From contig OZ024742.1 of assembly GCA_964016885.1 (NCBI GenBank), forward strand, positions 204,104,001 to 204,168,000: 64,000 nucleotides of DNA, written 5' to 3'. This DNA is from Eledone cirrhosa. Its lineage: Eukaryota. This document shows, one piece after another, positions 41,983 to 54,500 of this stretch (position 1 is the first letter of the stretch; each line of letters starts with the position of its first letter). A program made the position numbers and the translations under genes. The notes below the pieces were generated by a model. That model saw nothing but the letters and a program-made list of their open reading frames with translations. It ran no database searches and was not told the DNA's origin.

Positions 41983-42046
41983 TTTTTCATTCTGATGATT
42001 GAAAGCAAATTTTTTTGCTTTTAAGAAACCACTGGTAAATGAAAAA
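41983..42046 (+). ncRNA. Canonical type I hammerhead ribozyme
   Basis: Stem I TTTTTCATT/AATGAAAAA, CTGATGA (41992-41998), 11-bp stem II TTGAAAGCAAA/TTTGCTTTTAA, GAAA (42025-42028), stem III ACCA-C-TGGT, GUA triplet ending at 42037. Confidence 0.85.
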
Positions 42047-44649
42047 TTGCCTTATGTTGTTTATTACATAACTATTAAGCTCTGTAACCTACATAGAGCA
42101 CTCTTTTTTCCTGGACTTTTCCGACGGAATTACTTCACATATATATATTTATATATATATATTTATTTCGTTTCTGAATTTGTTTAGAAAGATTCTTTAT
42201 CTGAAAACGTGTGTTGAAACCGATATTGTTATACTTTGGGAGGGTCATGTTGTCAATAAGAAACACACGCACCAGTTGCTTTCACTCCAATTTATTATAA
42301 ATTAAATTTATAAATTTCCGGTTGGTTGGTTGGTTCCATAACCGGACGGTTGTTCATATATTGTCAATGTTCTTTCGTCACATATTCTGTGACCTCTTCA
42401 GTGACTGGGGATTCTTTTCTTTGTTTTGTGCCTCTCCTTTGTTCTGTCCTACGCCATCTTGTTTTTGTTGTGTGTTGTGTGCTTAGTTTGCGCATGTGTT
42501 ACATCCGGGTGTCTGTGTGTGTTTTTATTTGTTTATTTATTTGTTTATATACATGTTACTGGTTGATTGTTTGTTCTATGTGTGTGTGTGTTTTCATTTT
42601 GTCCTTAATTGTAAGTTGTGGTGTTGCTATTCCATTCATGTTTTCTATTTAATTTTGGTTTGAATTCATTTATGTTTATTGCCTCTGTGATTTGCCTAAA
42701 CATTGCATCTTTTCTGTGTGTAGATTCTATTTTTATTTCTATGTTCTCTAATTTGCCCTTATGTTCTATTTTAGCATGTTGGTAGAGGACAGATGATTCT
42801 TTTTTATCTTGAAGTTCTCACCTGTGGTCATTTAACCGTTCTCCTAAACTGTCTGACATATGTACACTATAATCTTATCGTTACACAGTATTCTTATCCT
42901 TCAGAACATCTTATGCTATATACTACATTTCTAGTTTTACAGTTAATATGGAGGGCTTAGTTTACAGCTACTCTATATACTGTGATTTATCTCTCTTGTT
43001 GTAACCAGAGAACTGCATACGGTGGATGAAGTGTTGTATGTGTCTCTCTAGTTCTTTGGGATTGCACATGCGGGTCACGTTTCTCATCACCCGTACCAAA
43101 TCCGCAATCAGTATTTTGATTTTGGTGTGATCCGAAACAGCTGAGTTTCGGTGGATCAGATATTTGGAAGCATGGGTTTGGCATAATGGGAATGGAGGAT
43201 TTGTTTTTTGTTATTAATGGTTTCTAACCAGAGCTCTGTGTCTAGTGCAGGTAATCGATGGCTGGGGCGTTTGCTTGGGTAGTCTATAGTAACTCTAATA
43301 CTCTGGTGGATAGAGTTAGCTATTTGCTGGATGCTTTCCATGGTGTTTTTCTCCAATTCCTGACTGTTGTCTACTGGGGGTGTTTTACTACGATGTTTAT
43401 ATCATCAACGTAGCGGGAGTACATTATCAGGGTTAAGGGGTCTTCTAATTGTTCTTTAAGTTTAAGTTTAAGTCTACTGTCCCACCATACCATGAATAAG
43501 TTAGCTATGTCACCTGCAATGCTAACACCAATGGCTGCTCCCTCCTCTTGGGCAAATGTTTTTCCATTAAATTTGAACATATGTTCCTTAAGGGTTAATT
43601 TTATATTGGCCCCCACCGCATGTGCAATCATTTTCTTTAGTTCATCATGGTTTTCGGGGTCCGTATGTCTCTGGTCCATCCGTTCCATCTTTCTGTGTGG
43701 GTTTTCTTGGCCATTGAGTTTTCTGGTTACAATCAGAGAGGTAAAATCAGAGTATATAGACGAGCCAGAACCAAATGGGAAAAAATGGTAAATAATGATA
43801 CAAATGGGACCTGCCCCTTGTATATGAGCAAATTTTGGAATAGAATAGAAATAACTAGGAATAAGGTTAATAGAATAAACTCATGGTATCATAGCAATAA
43901 ATACCAGAGTGTAATGTTCATCAATACAAACCCTAGAGGTGAATTAGCTTACAAATTTAGAAGGGCCCTAGGTAAACTGAAACTTAATATTAAGATAGTA
44001 GAAAGACCAGGTACCTCCATAAAAACACTTATTAGCAATACATACCCTTTTCAAAGACCTACCTGTATAGATAAAAAATGCATAATCTGTAAACTAAGCC
44101 CCCATATTAACTGTAAAACTAGAAATGTAGTATATAGCATAAGATGTACTGAAGGACAATGTAAAGATAAGAATATATTGTATATAGGTGAGACAGCTCG
44201 TAGTATAGGAGAACGGTTAAATGAACACTGGCAAGAACTTCAAGATAAAAAAAGAATCATCAATACTCCACCAACATGCTAAAATAGAACATAAGGGCAA
44301 ATTAGAGAACATAGAAATAAAAATAGAATCTACACACAGAAAAGACGCAATGTTTAGACAAATCACAGAGACAATAAACATAAATGAACTCCAACCAAAA
44401 TTAAATAGAAAACATGAATGGAATAGCAACATCACAATTACAATTAAGGACAAAATGAAAACACACACGCACACACATAGAACAAACAAGCAACCAGTAA
44501 CATGTAAATAAACAAATAAATAAACAAATAATAACACACACAGACACCCGGATGTAACACATGCGCAAACTAAGCACACAACACACACAAAAACAAGATG
44601 GCGTAGGACAGAACAAAGGAGAGGCACAAAACAAAGAAAAGAATCCCCA

Positions 44650-44692
44650 GTCACTGAAGAGGTCACAGAATGTGTGACGAAATAACTTTGAC
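44650..44692 (+). ncRNA. Hammerhead motif in the PLE pLTR (other copies 48661-48703 plus, 42363-42405 minus); stem III degenerate
   Basis: GTCA-CTGAAGA-G-GTCACA gaatg TGTGAC-GAAA-TAACTT-TGAC. Confidence 0.68.
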
Positions 44693-44935
44693 AATATATG
44701 AACAACCGTCCGGTTATGGAACCAACCAACTAACCGGATATTTATTAATTTAATTTATAATAAATTGGAGTGAAAGCAACTGGTGCGTGTGTTTCTTATT
44801 GGCAACATAACCCTCCCAAAATATAACAATATCGTTTTCAACACACGTTTTCAGATAAAGAATCTTGCTGCTAAACAAATTCAGAAACGAAATATCGTAA
44901 GCCTTAGCCAAGCTAACAAGATAGTGAAAACCACC

Positions 44936-47900
44936 ATGTTCTGTTGTCTACGAAAAACAATAACATCTCGACAACTACATTTCATAAAAGAATGTGCCTC
45001 ATCCCGAGTTTACATCAACACCATCAACCCCGATGTAAGAAGATTACAACTTACCAAAAAGCAAGCAGATAGGCTAAAACGAACACTAATTCTAAACATA
45101 GAAAAGATCTACAGAGAATTAAGTCATCAAGAAAAACATAAGCGTAACCTAATACAAGAAATAATTAAGATCACCACACCAAGAGAAAAATTAATATATA
45201 TAAACCTTATATGTCACGAAGAAAAGTACATCGTTCAGGAGTGCGAAAAACACTTTAATAAGAAATTAAAGTGGCTCAAACAGATGAAACTAAACTAAAA
45301 AACTTCAGAGAATAGAGATAAATATCCAGACAAGATTGATGGTATAAATATGGCCGACATCTCATTAACGGATGAATTCAACAACAACAACACAAATATA
45401 TACGGCAACACTACAGTCGGCTCTGATGAATTATCGATATTACAGCTACCACCTAAATATGCCACATATAATAAGGTAAATATGATAAAATGCTTGTCAG
45501 AAATAGAAAAATAATTTACAAAATTACGTTGGAGCCTCAAAAACAAAAACAAAAACAAAAGTAACAACATACGCACACACACACACACATACAACACACA
45601 TCCCAACAACAACAGACACACAGACACAAACAACGATAACAACAACACACACAACAATAACATACACGGAGACAGCAACAACAACAACAACACACATCAA
45701 CAACAACACACATCAACAACACACATCAACAGCACACATCAACAACAACAACAACACACACACATTCTATGCCTCTCACCACCACCACGATCTTAACAAA
45801 CACACAGACACAGAAAACAGGTAATGACAGTAACACAGAAGTAAGGGAAGGTAATGGGATTGAAAGGAGAAGGGAGACTATCGATACTGACAGAGAAAAT
45901 AACCAGGACGAACAAATTTAGAAAATAGAGTAGATAATAACAATGAGCTAGAGGAAAGAGACAGGAGTAATAATGAGAGACATAGAAACAACCATGAGGC
46001 TGTTGGTGGAATTAGAAATAGAAACAACACAACTAACAATAACAATAGCAATAGTACACATAAAGGAGCAGCCTGGAATTCTACTTTTTATAATCCTTCC
46101 GATATGTCCTTCTACCCACGACGAGTCCATGCCACGACTTTAGCTTTTAACAAACGCACGCAATTGCCGTCGCAGGTCGATGAACAAACAGAAGCACAAT
46201 TTAGTATAGCTAGATCTAGATTTAGAAATATTATAGAACAGTATAGCAAGAAGAAAAATAGAATGGAGGCCCAGCAACTGGGAGAAAAATCTGCAAATGG
46301 CTTGCGTAAGCTCATGCAGCGCTCGCGTAATGGAGAGATTGCATGCTTTCCAACAGACAAGTCTGGCAAAATGTCGGTTCACAGTCTGTCAAGCTACATC
46401 CAGGCAATGCAACCCCACATCACTAACACAAGAGATGTAACACCACAAGAGCATGATGATAGGGAGAAAACCCACAATGCCCATAAGATGATGTGGACAA
46501 ACATAATGCAGCCCAATAAAAGGACTGCCAACAACTTCCAGGCCTGGAACAATGACGTGCTAGCGTTGTATGGGCTTCGAAAAGACCATAAGACAAGCAG
46601 GGACCCTGTCACAGGACCACCAACACGGCCAGTCTATGGAGCTAACATTGCTAGTAACTACAGACTTTCCTACTTCCTCTCCCTGATCATACGCCCCATC
46701 ATTGAAATGTCCCCAGATATATGTGACAGCACGGAGGGCCTCCTCAGCGGAATCAACGAAAATAACCAATCTAGGGACCTAACAGACTGCATAATAGGTA
46801 GTATGGATGTTGTGTCCCTATATCCATCCATTGACGTGGATTTTGCTGTGGAGAAATGCGTAGAAATGATCAGTGAGAGCAATGTTGAATTCCGTGGGAT
46901 TGATACCAGTGAGCTGGGACTCCTACTTAAACTTACCTATAGTAAAGATTATCTAGATACATATGACCTTAGCAACCTGTGCCCTACAAGGCCAGCAAGA
47001 AGCTGACCACCCACCATTACCTCAATGGCCAAGAAAACCACACAGAAAGATGGAACGGGTGGACCAGAGCCATACGGACCCCCGAAAACCACGATGAACT
47101 AAAGAAAATTATTGCACATGCGGTGGGGGCCAGTATAAAACTAACCCTTAAGGAACATATGTTCAAATTTAATGGAAAAACATATGCCCAAGAGGAGGGA
47201 GCAGCCATTGGTGTTAGCATTGCAGGTGACATAGCTAACCTATTCATGGTATGGTGGGACAGTAAACTTAAACTTAAACTTAAAGAACAATTAGAAGACA
47301 GCAACCTCTTAACCCTGATAATGTACTCCCGCTACGTTGATGATATAAACATCGTAGTAAAACACCCCCACTAGAGAACAGTCAGGAATTACAGAAAAAC
47401 ACCATGGAAAGCATCCAGCAAATAGCTAACTCCATCCACCAGAGTATTAGAGTTACTATAGACTACCCAAGCAAACACCCCAGCCATTGATTACCTGCAC
47501 TAGATACAGAGCTCTGGTTAGAAACCATTAATAACAAATAACAAATCCTCCATGCCAATTATGCCAAACCCATGACTTCCAAATATCTGATCCACAGAAA
47601 CTCAGCTGTTTCGGATCACACCAAAATCAACATATTGATTGCGGATTTGGTACGGGTGATGAGAAACGTGTCCTGCATGTGCAACCCCAAAGAACTAGAG
47701 AGACATATACAACACTTCATCCACCGTATGCAGTTCTCTGGTTACAATCAGAGACATAAAATCAGAGTATATAGAGGAGCCAGAACCAAATGGGAAAAAA
47801 TGGTAAATAATGATACAAATGGGACCTTCCCCAAGTATAGGATCAAATTTTGGAATAGAATAGAAATAACTAGGAATAAGGTGAATAGAATAAACTCATG

Positions 47901-48440
47901 GTATGATAGCAATAAATATCAGAGTGTAATATTCATTAATACAACCCCTAGAGGTGAATTAGCTTACAAATTTAGAAGGGCCCTCGATAAACTTAAACTT
48001 AATATTAAGAGAGTAGAAAGACCAGGTACCTCCATAAAAACACTTATTAGCAATACATACCCTTTTCAAAGACCTCCCTGTATAGATAAGAAATGCATAA
48101 TCTGTAAACTAAGCCCCAATATTAACTGTAAAACTAGAAATGTAGTATATAGCATAAGAAGTACTGAAGGACAATGTAGAGATAAGAATATAGTGTACAT
48201 AGGTGAGACAGCTCGTAGTATAGGAACGGTTAAATGAACACTGGCGAGAACTTCAAGATAAAAAAGAATCATCAATACTCCACCAACATGCTAAAATAGA
48301 ACATAAGGGCAAATTAGAGAACATAAAAATAAAAATAGAATCTGCACACAGAAAAGACGCAATGTTTAGACAAATCAGAGGCAATAAACATAAATGAACT
48401 CCAACCAAAATTAAATAGAAAACATGAATGGAATAGCAAC
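44936..48440 (+). pseudogene. PLE polyprotein (N-terminal domain, RT, GIY-YIG), frameshifted
   Basis: PTDKSGK, GSMDVVSLYPSI, QEEGAAIGVSIAGDIANLFM, YSRYVDDI, NVVYSI...YIGETARSI across ORFs 46104-47006, 46979-47374 and 47572-48237. Confidence 0.88.
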
Positions 48441-48850
48441 ATCACAACTTACAATTAAGGACAAAATGAAAACACACACACACACATAGAACAAACAACC
48501 AACCAACCAGTAACATGTAAATAAACAAATAAATAAACAAATAAAAACACACACAGACACCCGGATGTAACACATGCGCAAACTAAGCACACAACACACA
48601 AAAACAAGATGGCGTAGGACAGAACAAAGGAGAGGCACAAAACAAAGAAAAGAATCCCCAGTCACTGAAGAGGTCACAGAATGTATGACGAAATAACTTT
48701 GACAATATATGAACAACCGTCCGGTTATGGAACCAACCAACTAACCGTAAATTTATAAATTCTTAAAATTATAAATTTAGTTTATAATAAATTGGAGTGA
48801 AAGCAATGGTGCGTGTGTTTCTTATTGGCAACATGACCCTCCCAAAGTAT

Positions 48851-49000
<150 letters not shown>

Positions 49001-49204
49001 GTATACCCCACACGGGTTGAGCGCTTCAAACAGTAGCGGACCTAAGACACTATGGAATCATTTGACTTTTTATTTAAATTTAATCTACACTACTCCGGAG
49101 TAACGAAACCAACCTGCGCACTTCGTCGAGTGCTCCAGCCTGCATATTGAGGTGTTGGTATACAATCAACATAAACTCAAAATCTATCTAGCTCCCACAC
49201 GGGG

Positions 49205-49845
49205 AATGTTTGATTCTTATAGAATTCTAGTAATAACCAGGAACTGATTATACAGAGCGGTTGCCGGTCAAGCAGAAATTTAAAATTAGAATTGGTGCTC
49301 TGAAATAGCGATATATATGAATGTATATATAGTGTATTTTGCAATACACTGTATGCTTAATTAAAAGTATTTCGAAGACCTTACGCTATTGTTTTAGAGT
49401 AGTGACAGTCTCACTTACTTTAAATTTTCAGCGAACAGGGGAGATAAAACTGACATAGCTCTGTTTCGTACTTTTTGGTACTTATTAAAGCTAAGTACTC
49501 CACCTGTTTGCTGAAAAAATACACTATATATACATTCATATATATATATATCGGTATTTCAGAGCACCAATTCTAATTTTCAATTTCTGCTTGAGCGGCA
49601 ACCGGTCTGTATAATCAGTTCCTGATTATTATTAGAATTCTATAAGAATCAAACATTCATGATTTTCAGCAAACAGGTGGAGTACTTAGCTTTGATAAGT
49701 ACCAAAAAGTACGAAACAGAGCTCTGTCAGATTTATCTCCCCTGTTTGCTGAAAATTTAAAGTAAGTGAGACTGTCACTACTCTAAAACAATAGCGTAAG
49801 GTCTTCGAAATACTTTTAATTAAGCATACAGTGTATTCCAAAATA

Positions 49846-49893
<48 letters not shown>

Positions 49894-49961
49894 TATTTTG
49901 GAATACACTGTATGCTTAATTAAAAGTATTTCGAAGACCTTACGCTATTGTTTTAGAGTAG
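49205..49961. repeat. Nested inverted duplication X-Y-X'-Y' plus partial Y copies abutting (TA)n
   Basis: 49205-49340 inverted at ~49519-49658; 49330-49517 inverted at ~49662-49852; Y end recurs at 49889-49961 and ~50184-50214. Confidence 0.85.
49688..49732 (+). ncRNA. Type I hammerhead ribozyme, U3:A8 variant with GUC site (mutated mirror copy 49448-49492 on minus)
   Basis: AGCT-TTGATAA-GTAC caaaaa GTAC-GAA-ACAGAGCTCTGT-C-AGAT; stem III is a 12-nt palindrome; the mirror copy has AGTT, giving a 4-bp stem I. Confidence 0.75.
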
Positions 49962-49973
49962 TATATATATATA

Positions 49974-50185
<212 letters not shown>

Positions 50186-50214
50186 ATTTTGGAATACACT
50201 GTATGCTTAATTAA

Positions 50215-50552
50215 GCATGGCTTAGTGATTAGAGCATTGGGCTTGCAATCGAAAGATTGTGAGTTCAATTCTCGGACCGGGTGATGTGTTGTTTCCTTGA
50301 GCAAGACACTTTATTTCACGTTGCTGCACTTTACTCAGCTGTAGAAATGAGTTGCGACGTCACTGGTGCCAAGCTATATCGGCCATTGCCTTTCCCTTGG
50401 ACCACATCGGTGGCGTGGAGACGGGAGACTGGTATGCATGGGCGACTATTGGTCTTCCACAAACAACTTTGCCCGGACTTGTGCCTCGGATGAAAACTTT
50501 CTAGGAGCAAATCCTATGGTCATTCGTGACCGAAGGGGGTCTTTCCCTTTAC
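50215..50552 (+). mobile_element. tRNA-derived SINE of a second family (Meta/V-domain-like core)
   Basis: A-box TGGCTTAGTGATT, B-box GAGTTCAATTC, then TCCTTGAGCAAGACACTT core. Confidence 0.75.
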
Positions 50553-50588
50553 CCTATACACATATATATATATATACACATACATACA

Positions 50589-50645
<57 letters not shown>

Positions 50646-50974
50646 GTATGTATATATATATATATATATATATATGCATATATACAACCTGCACTTTATG
50701 AAAGTTGATGCTTAAGAATGTCGTTAATACCTCAGAATGAAATAAACTCATATTCCATTATTCCACACCAACACACAACTAGGAGGGCTGTTTGTTCTTG
50801 TAAGAATGCAGGTGTAACATTCCACTTGATACATACCTGCGTCTGTGTGTGAGTGTTTGTTTAAGAGACTATGTGTGGTTATGTGCATAAGTAGATGGAT
50901 ATGTGTGTGTATTAGAGAGATTGTATGTGGCCATGTGTGTGCAAGAGTGTGTGTGTGTATATAGGCGTCTGATT

Positions 50975-51035
<61 letters not shown>

Positions 51036-51347
51036 ACTACATATATATGTAGTGGTGGGTTAGTGATAATAGAAGTAAGTAGAAATGTCTATACTGATAT
51101 TAAAAATAAATAAAACAGAATCGATTTTAATACTCAGAATAGTCGATAATGCATTTTGGTCAGTGCAGTATATATGCAGGGCATACACGGACAATTGCTG
51201 GTGTATATACATATATTTAATTTGGTGAGTCTGTATATATATACACACATATATATATATATACACATATGTATATATATATATATACATATATATGCAA
51301 CATACATATATATATATATACATACATATACACATACATATATATAT

Positions 51348-51430
<83 letters not shown>

Positions 51431-51581
51431 CATATATATATACATACATATATATACATATATATAGATATACATATATATATACATATATATAGATATA
51501 CATATATATATATATATATTTTTTTTTTAAATATTTATATATATATTTTTTTTATATTTATATATATATTTTTATAGTATA

Positions 51582-54500
51582 TATATACTACTAAAACTCT
51601 GATCTTGCGTGCTTGCTTGTCTGTTATGTAATACACCCAAAAGGGCGCATAATGGGTAAATACTTTGAAAGCAAGTTGCCTCTGAAATGGAAATACAAAT
51701 TGAATAAAAGAAGTTTCGCGAAAATCTGACCCCGGGTTCCCGAGATTCGCGGGTTTTGGGGGTACCTTCGAAAAATAGCCACAACTGTGCATACTGGGAA
51801 AATACCTCGAAATTAACATAACCCGCAAACTTCGTAAATAGCCAAAATATTGCATAATGAGAAAATACTCTGAATAAAACAAGTTTGGTGTAAATCGCAC
51901 ATGGACAATATTTTCAATTTTCCAAAAATAGCAAGGAATTCATTTAAATTCAATTTATCTTATTTTATAATGAATATCGAAAGAAATAATCCGTTTGTTT
52001 TTTGGTTGTCCATTGTGTAGGTAAGAGAGACAGAGAGGGGGTGAGAGAGAGAAGGAAAGAGAGAGGGGTGATAGAGAGAAAGAGAGGGAGTGAGGGGATG
52101 AGAGAGAGAGAGAGGGTGTGACAGATAGGGAAAGAGACAGCGTCCTTAACTTTTATTTATTTTAACTCTCCGCCTATCCATAACGTTATTTCTTTCTCTC
52201 TCTTTCACTGTTATACTGCCACCGTGTGTATCTGTATGTGTATGTGTGCCATTTCATGTATTTATGTACTTAGAGACATGTGTGTGTGTGTGTGTATGTG
52301 CGTGTAACAGTACTTAAGTTAGAGACATATATATTTATATATATTTGTGTGTGTGTATGTAGAATACCTTCGTAAATAGCCAAAACGGTGCATAATGTAA
52401 AAATAGCCATGTAAGTGATATAACCCTGAAATGGGGATAAAACAGGTTTTACGTAAATCGACATAAAAATATTTCTCGATTGATGAAAATAGTTAAATAA
52501 TTATTAAAAAAAATTTTTTCAGTGATTTCTCAGGGAATATGATTTCAAAACTAAAAGTTGTTTGTACTTCAAGTATCTATATTCGAGCTTTCTCTAAACA
52601 GACGATATTTTAATTATCAGAAAAGCATTAAGTGAATATCACTGAAAAATACCAGTAGTGTTAAACAGTAGGTGTTTATATTTTTGCTTTTGTTAAAAAG
52701 AATATTTCAATTATTTAGAAATATTTTAAAGTGAATTTGATTTCACAAATAGCTTTATTCATGTTTTTAAAATTATTTTCAGGTGAATACGATGGAAAAA
52801 ATATTTCTTGGCATATTTAAAAAATATTCTTAAGTGAAAATGACTTTAAAAAATACAAATTATTTGTACACTAAGTATATATATTTCAGCTTTCTTTAAA
52901 CAGAATATTTTAATTATTAATAAGTATTTTTTAAGTGAATATGATTTGAAAAATACGAGTTGTTTAAACAGACAATATTTTCATTATTTAGAAATATTTC
53001 TAAATGATGATTTAAAAGAATATTTGTTGAGGTAATAGAAATTTTTTCTAAGGTGAATACGATTTTCTATTCTTAAATAATGTCTCGACGAGGAAGAAAG
53101 AAAACATCTGGTTGGTCTATCGATAGTGGAAAGAAAGCACGGAGAGCTAAGAAAGAACGCTAAGGAGAGCCGAAGAAGGTGAGCAAGATAGTAGTCAACG
53201 CCAACAAGATCGGGACAGGCATGCGAATAGAAGGATCGATGAGACTGATAAAGCAAGGGCTGCGAGTCTGGCGGAAGAGAGGGAAAGAGACAGAAGCAGG
53301 AGAGATCATGAATCGGATGGTCGGAGAGTTGAGCGTCAGGCGGAACAGAGGGAAAGAGACAGAAGAAGGAGAGATCATGAATCGGACGCTCGGAGAACTG
53401 AACGTCTTTGCCAACAAACAATTAGGGATAGAGCAAGGACAGTTCAAAGACGTGCTGATCTTGGACAGATGAATAAGATCTGTGTCTGTTATCATGCAAT
53501 GCTTTTTCATGGGGAAACTGCTTATTTTTGCTGTATGAATGGAAAAGTCAGGTTTGGGAATCTGCAGCCTTTACCCCAGGAACTTCACAGTTTATTTAGT
53601 ACTGATCAACCTAGGGCAAACGAGTTCATGAAGAACCTCAGACAATACAACTGCCTGTTCCAAATGACATCTTTTGGGGCCGAAGAAGTTCGTTTCTCAA
53701 GGAGTGGATGGAATCCTTCTATCGTTATTCAAAGGTCAAATTCACCATTACATCGGTTCCTTAACCCCTAATCCCAGCGAACAACCCCAATTTCTTCAAA
53801 TTTACTTCTTGGATCCTCAGGATACTGATGATTTGAGGATCAGGATACTCCATAACGATGGTATTCAGCGCGACATAGTTGAATTATTGGAAATAATACT
53901 CAGACAATATAACCCTTACGTTGCTTCATTTCGAATGGCAGAAGAACAAATTAAAAATATTCACGAAGCTTCGATTATTATTCCAGCAATGGAACATGAG
54001 AGAAGATTCAATGCACAAACTGCAAACGAAGTTGCCGTTACTATACAAAACAGCACCGAACTTCAAGCAAAAGCACGGCACGTTGTGATGAAAGAAAAAG
54101 GCGGACAATTGCAAATAATCTCAGAGTCCCATCGGTCCTATGACAGTTTGCAGTATGTTCTATTTTTTCCTTTTGGCGATGACGGATGGCATCATGAGCT
54201 GTTAATGAGCAACAACAAGAAGTTGACGCCAATGCGCTACTATGCCTATCGAATAATGAACCATGAGAATGAATTCAACCAACTTCTCAGAGGCGGTCGT
54301 TTATTTCAGCAATATTTGGTTGACATGGCTGCGAAGATTGAAGGAGATAGACTGCAATACATCCGAATGAATCAAACATCATTGCGATCTACAACATACA
54401 AGGGCATTACTGATGCATTGATGATGATGACGTTTGAATGATGATGACGATTTTCGCAATATTGGTAGGCGAATCATACTCTCTTCCACATTTGTCGGTG

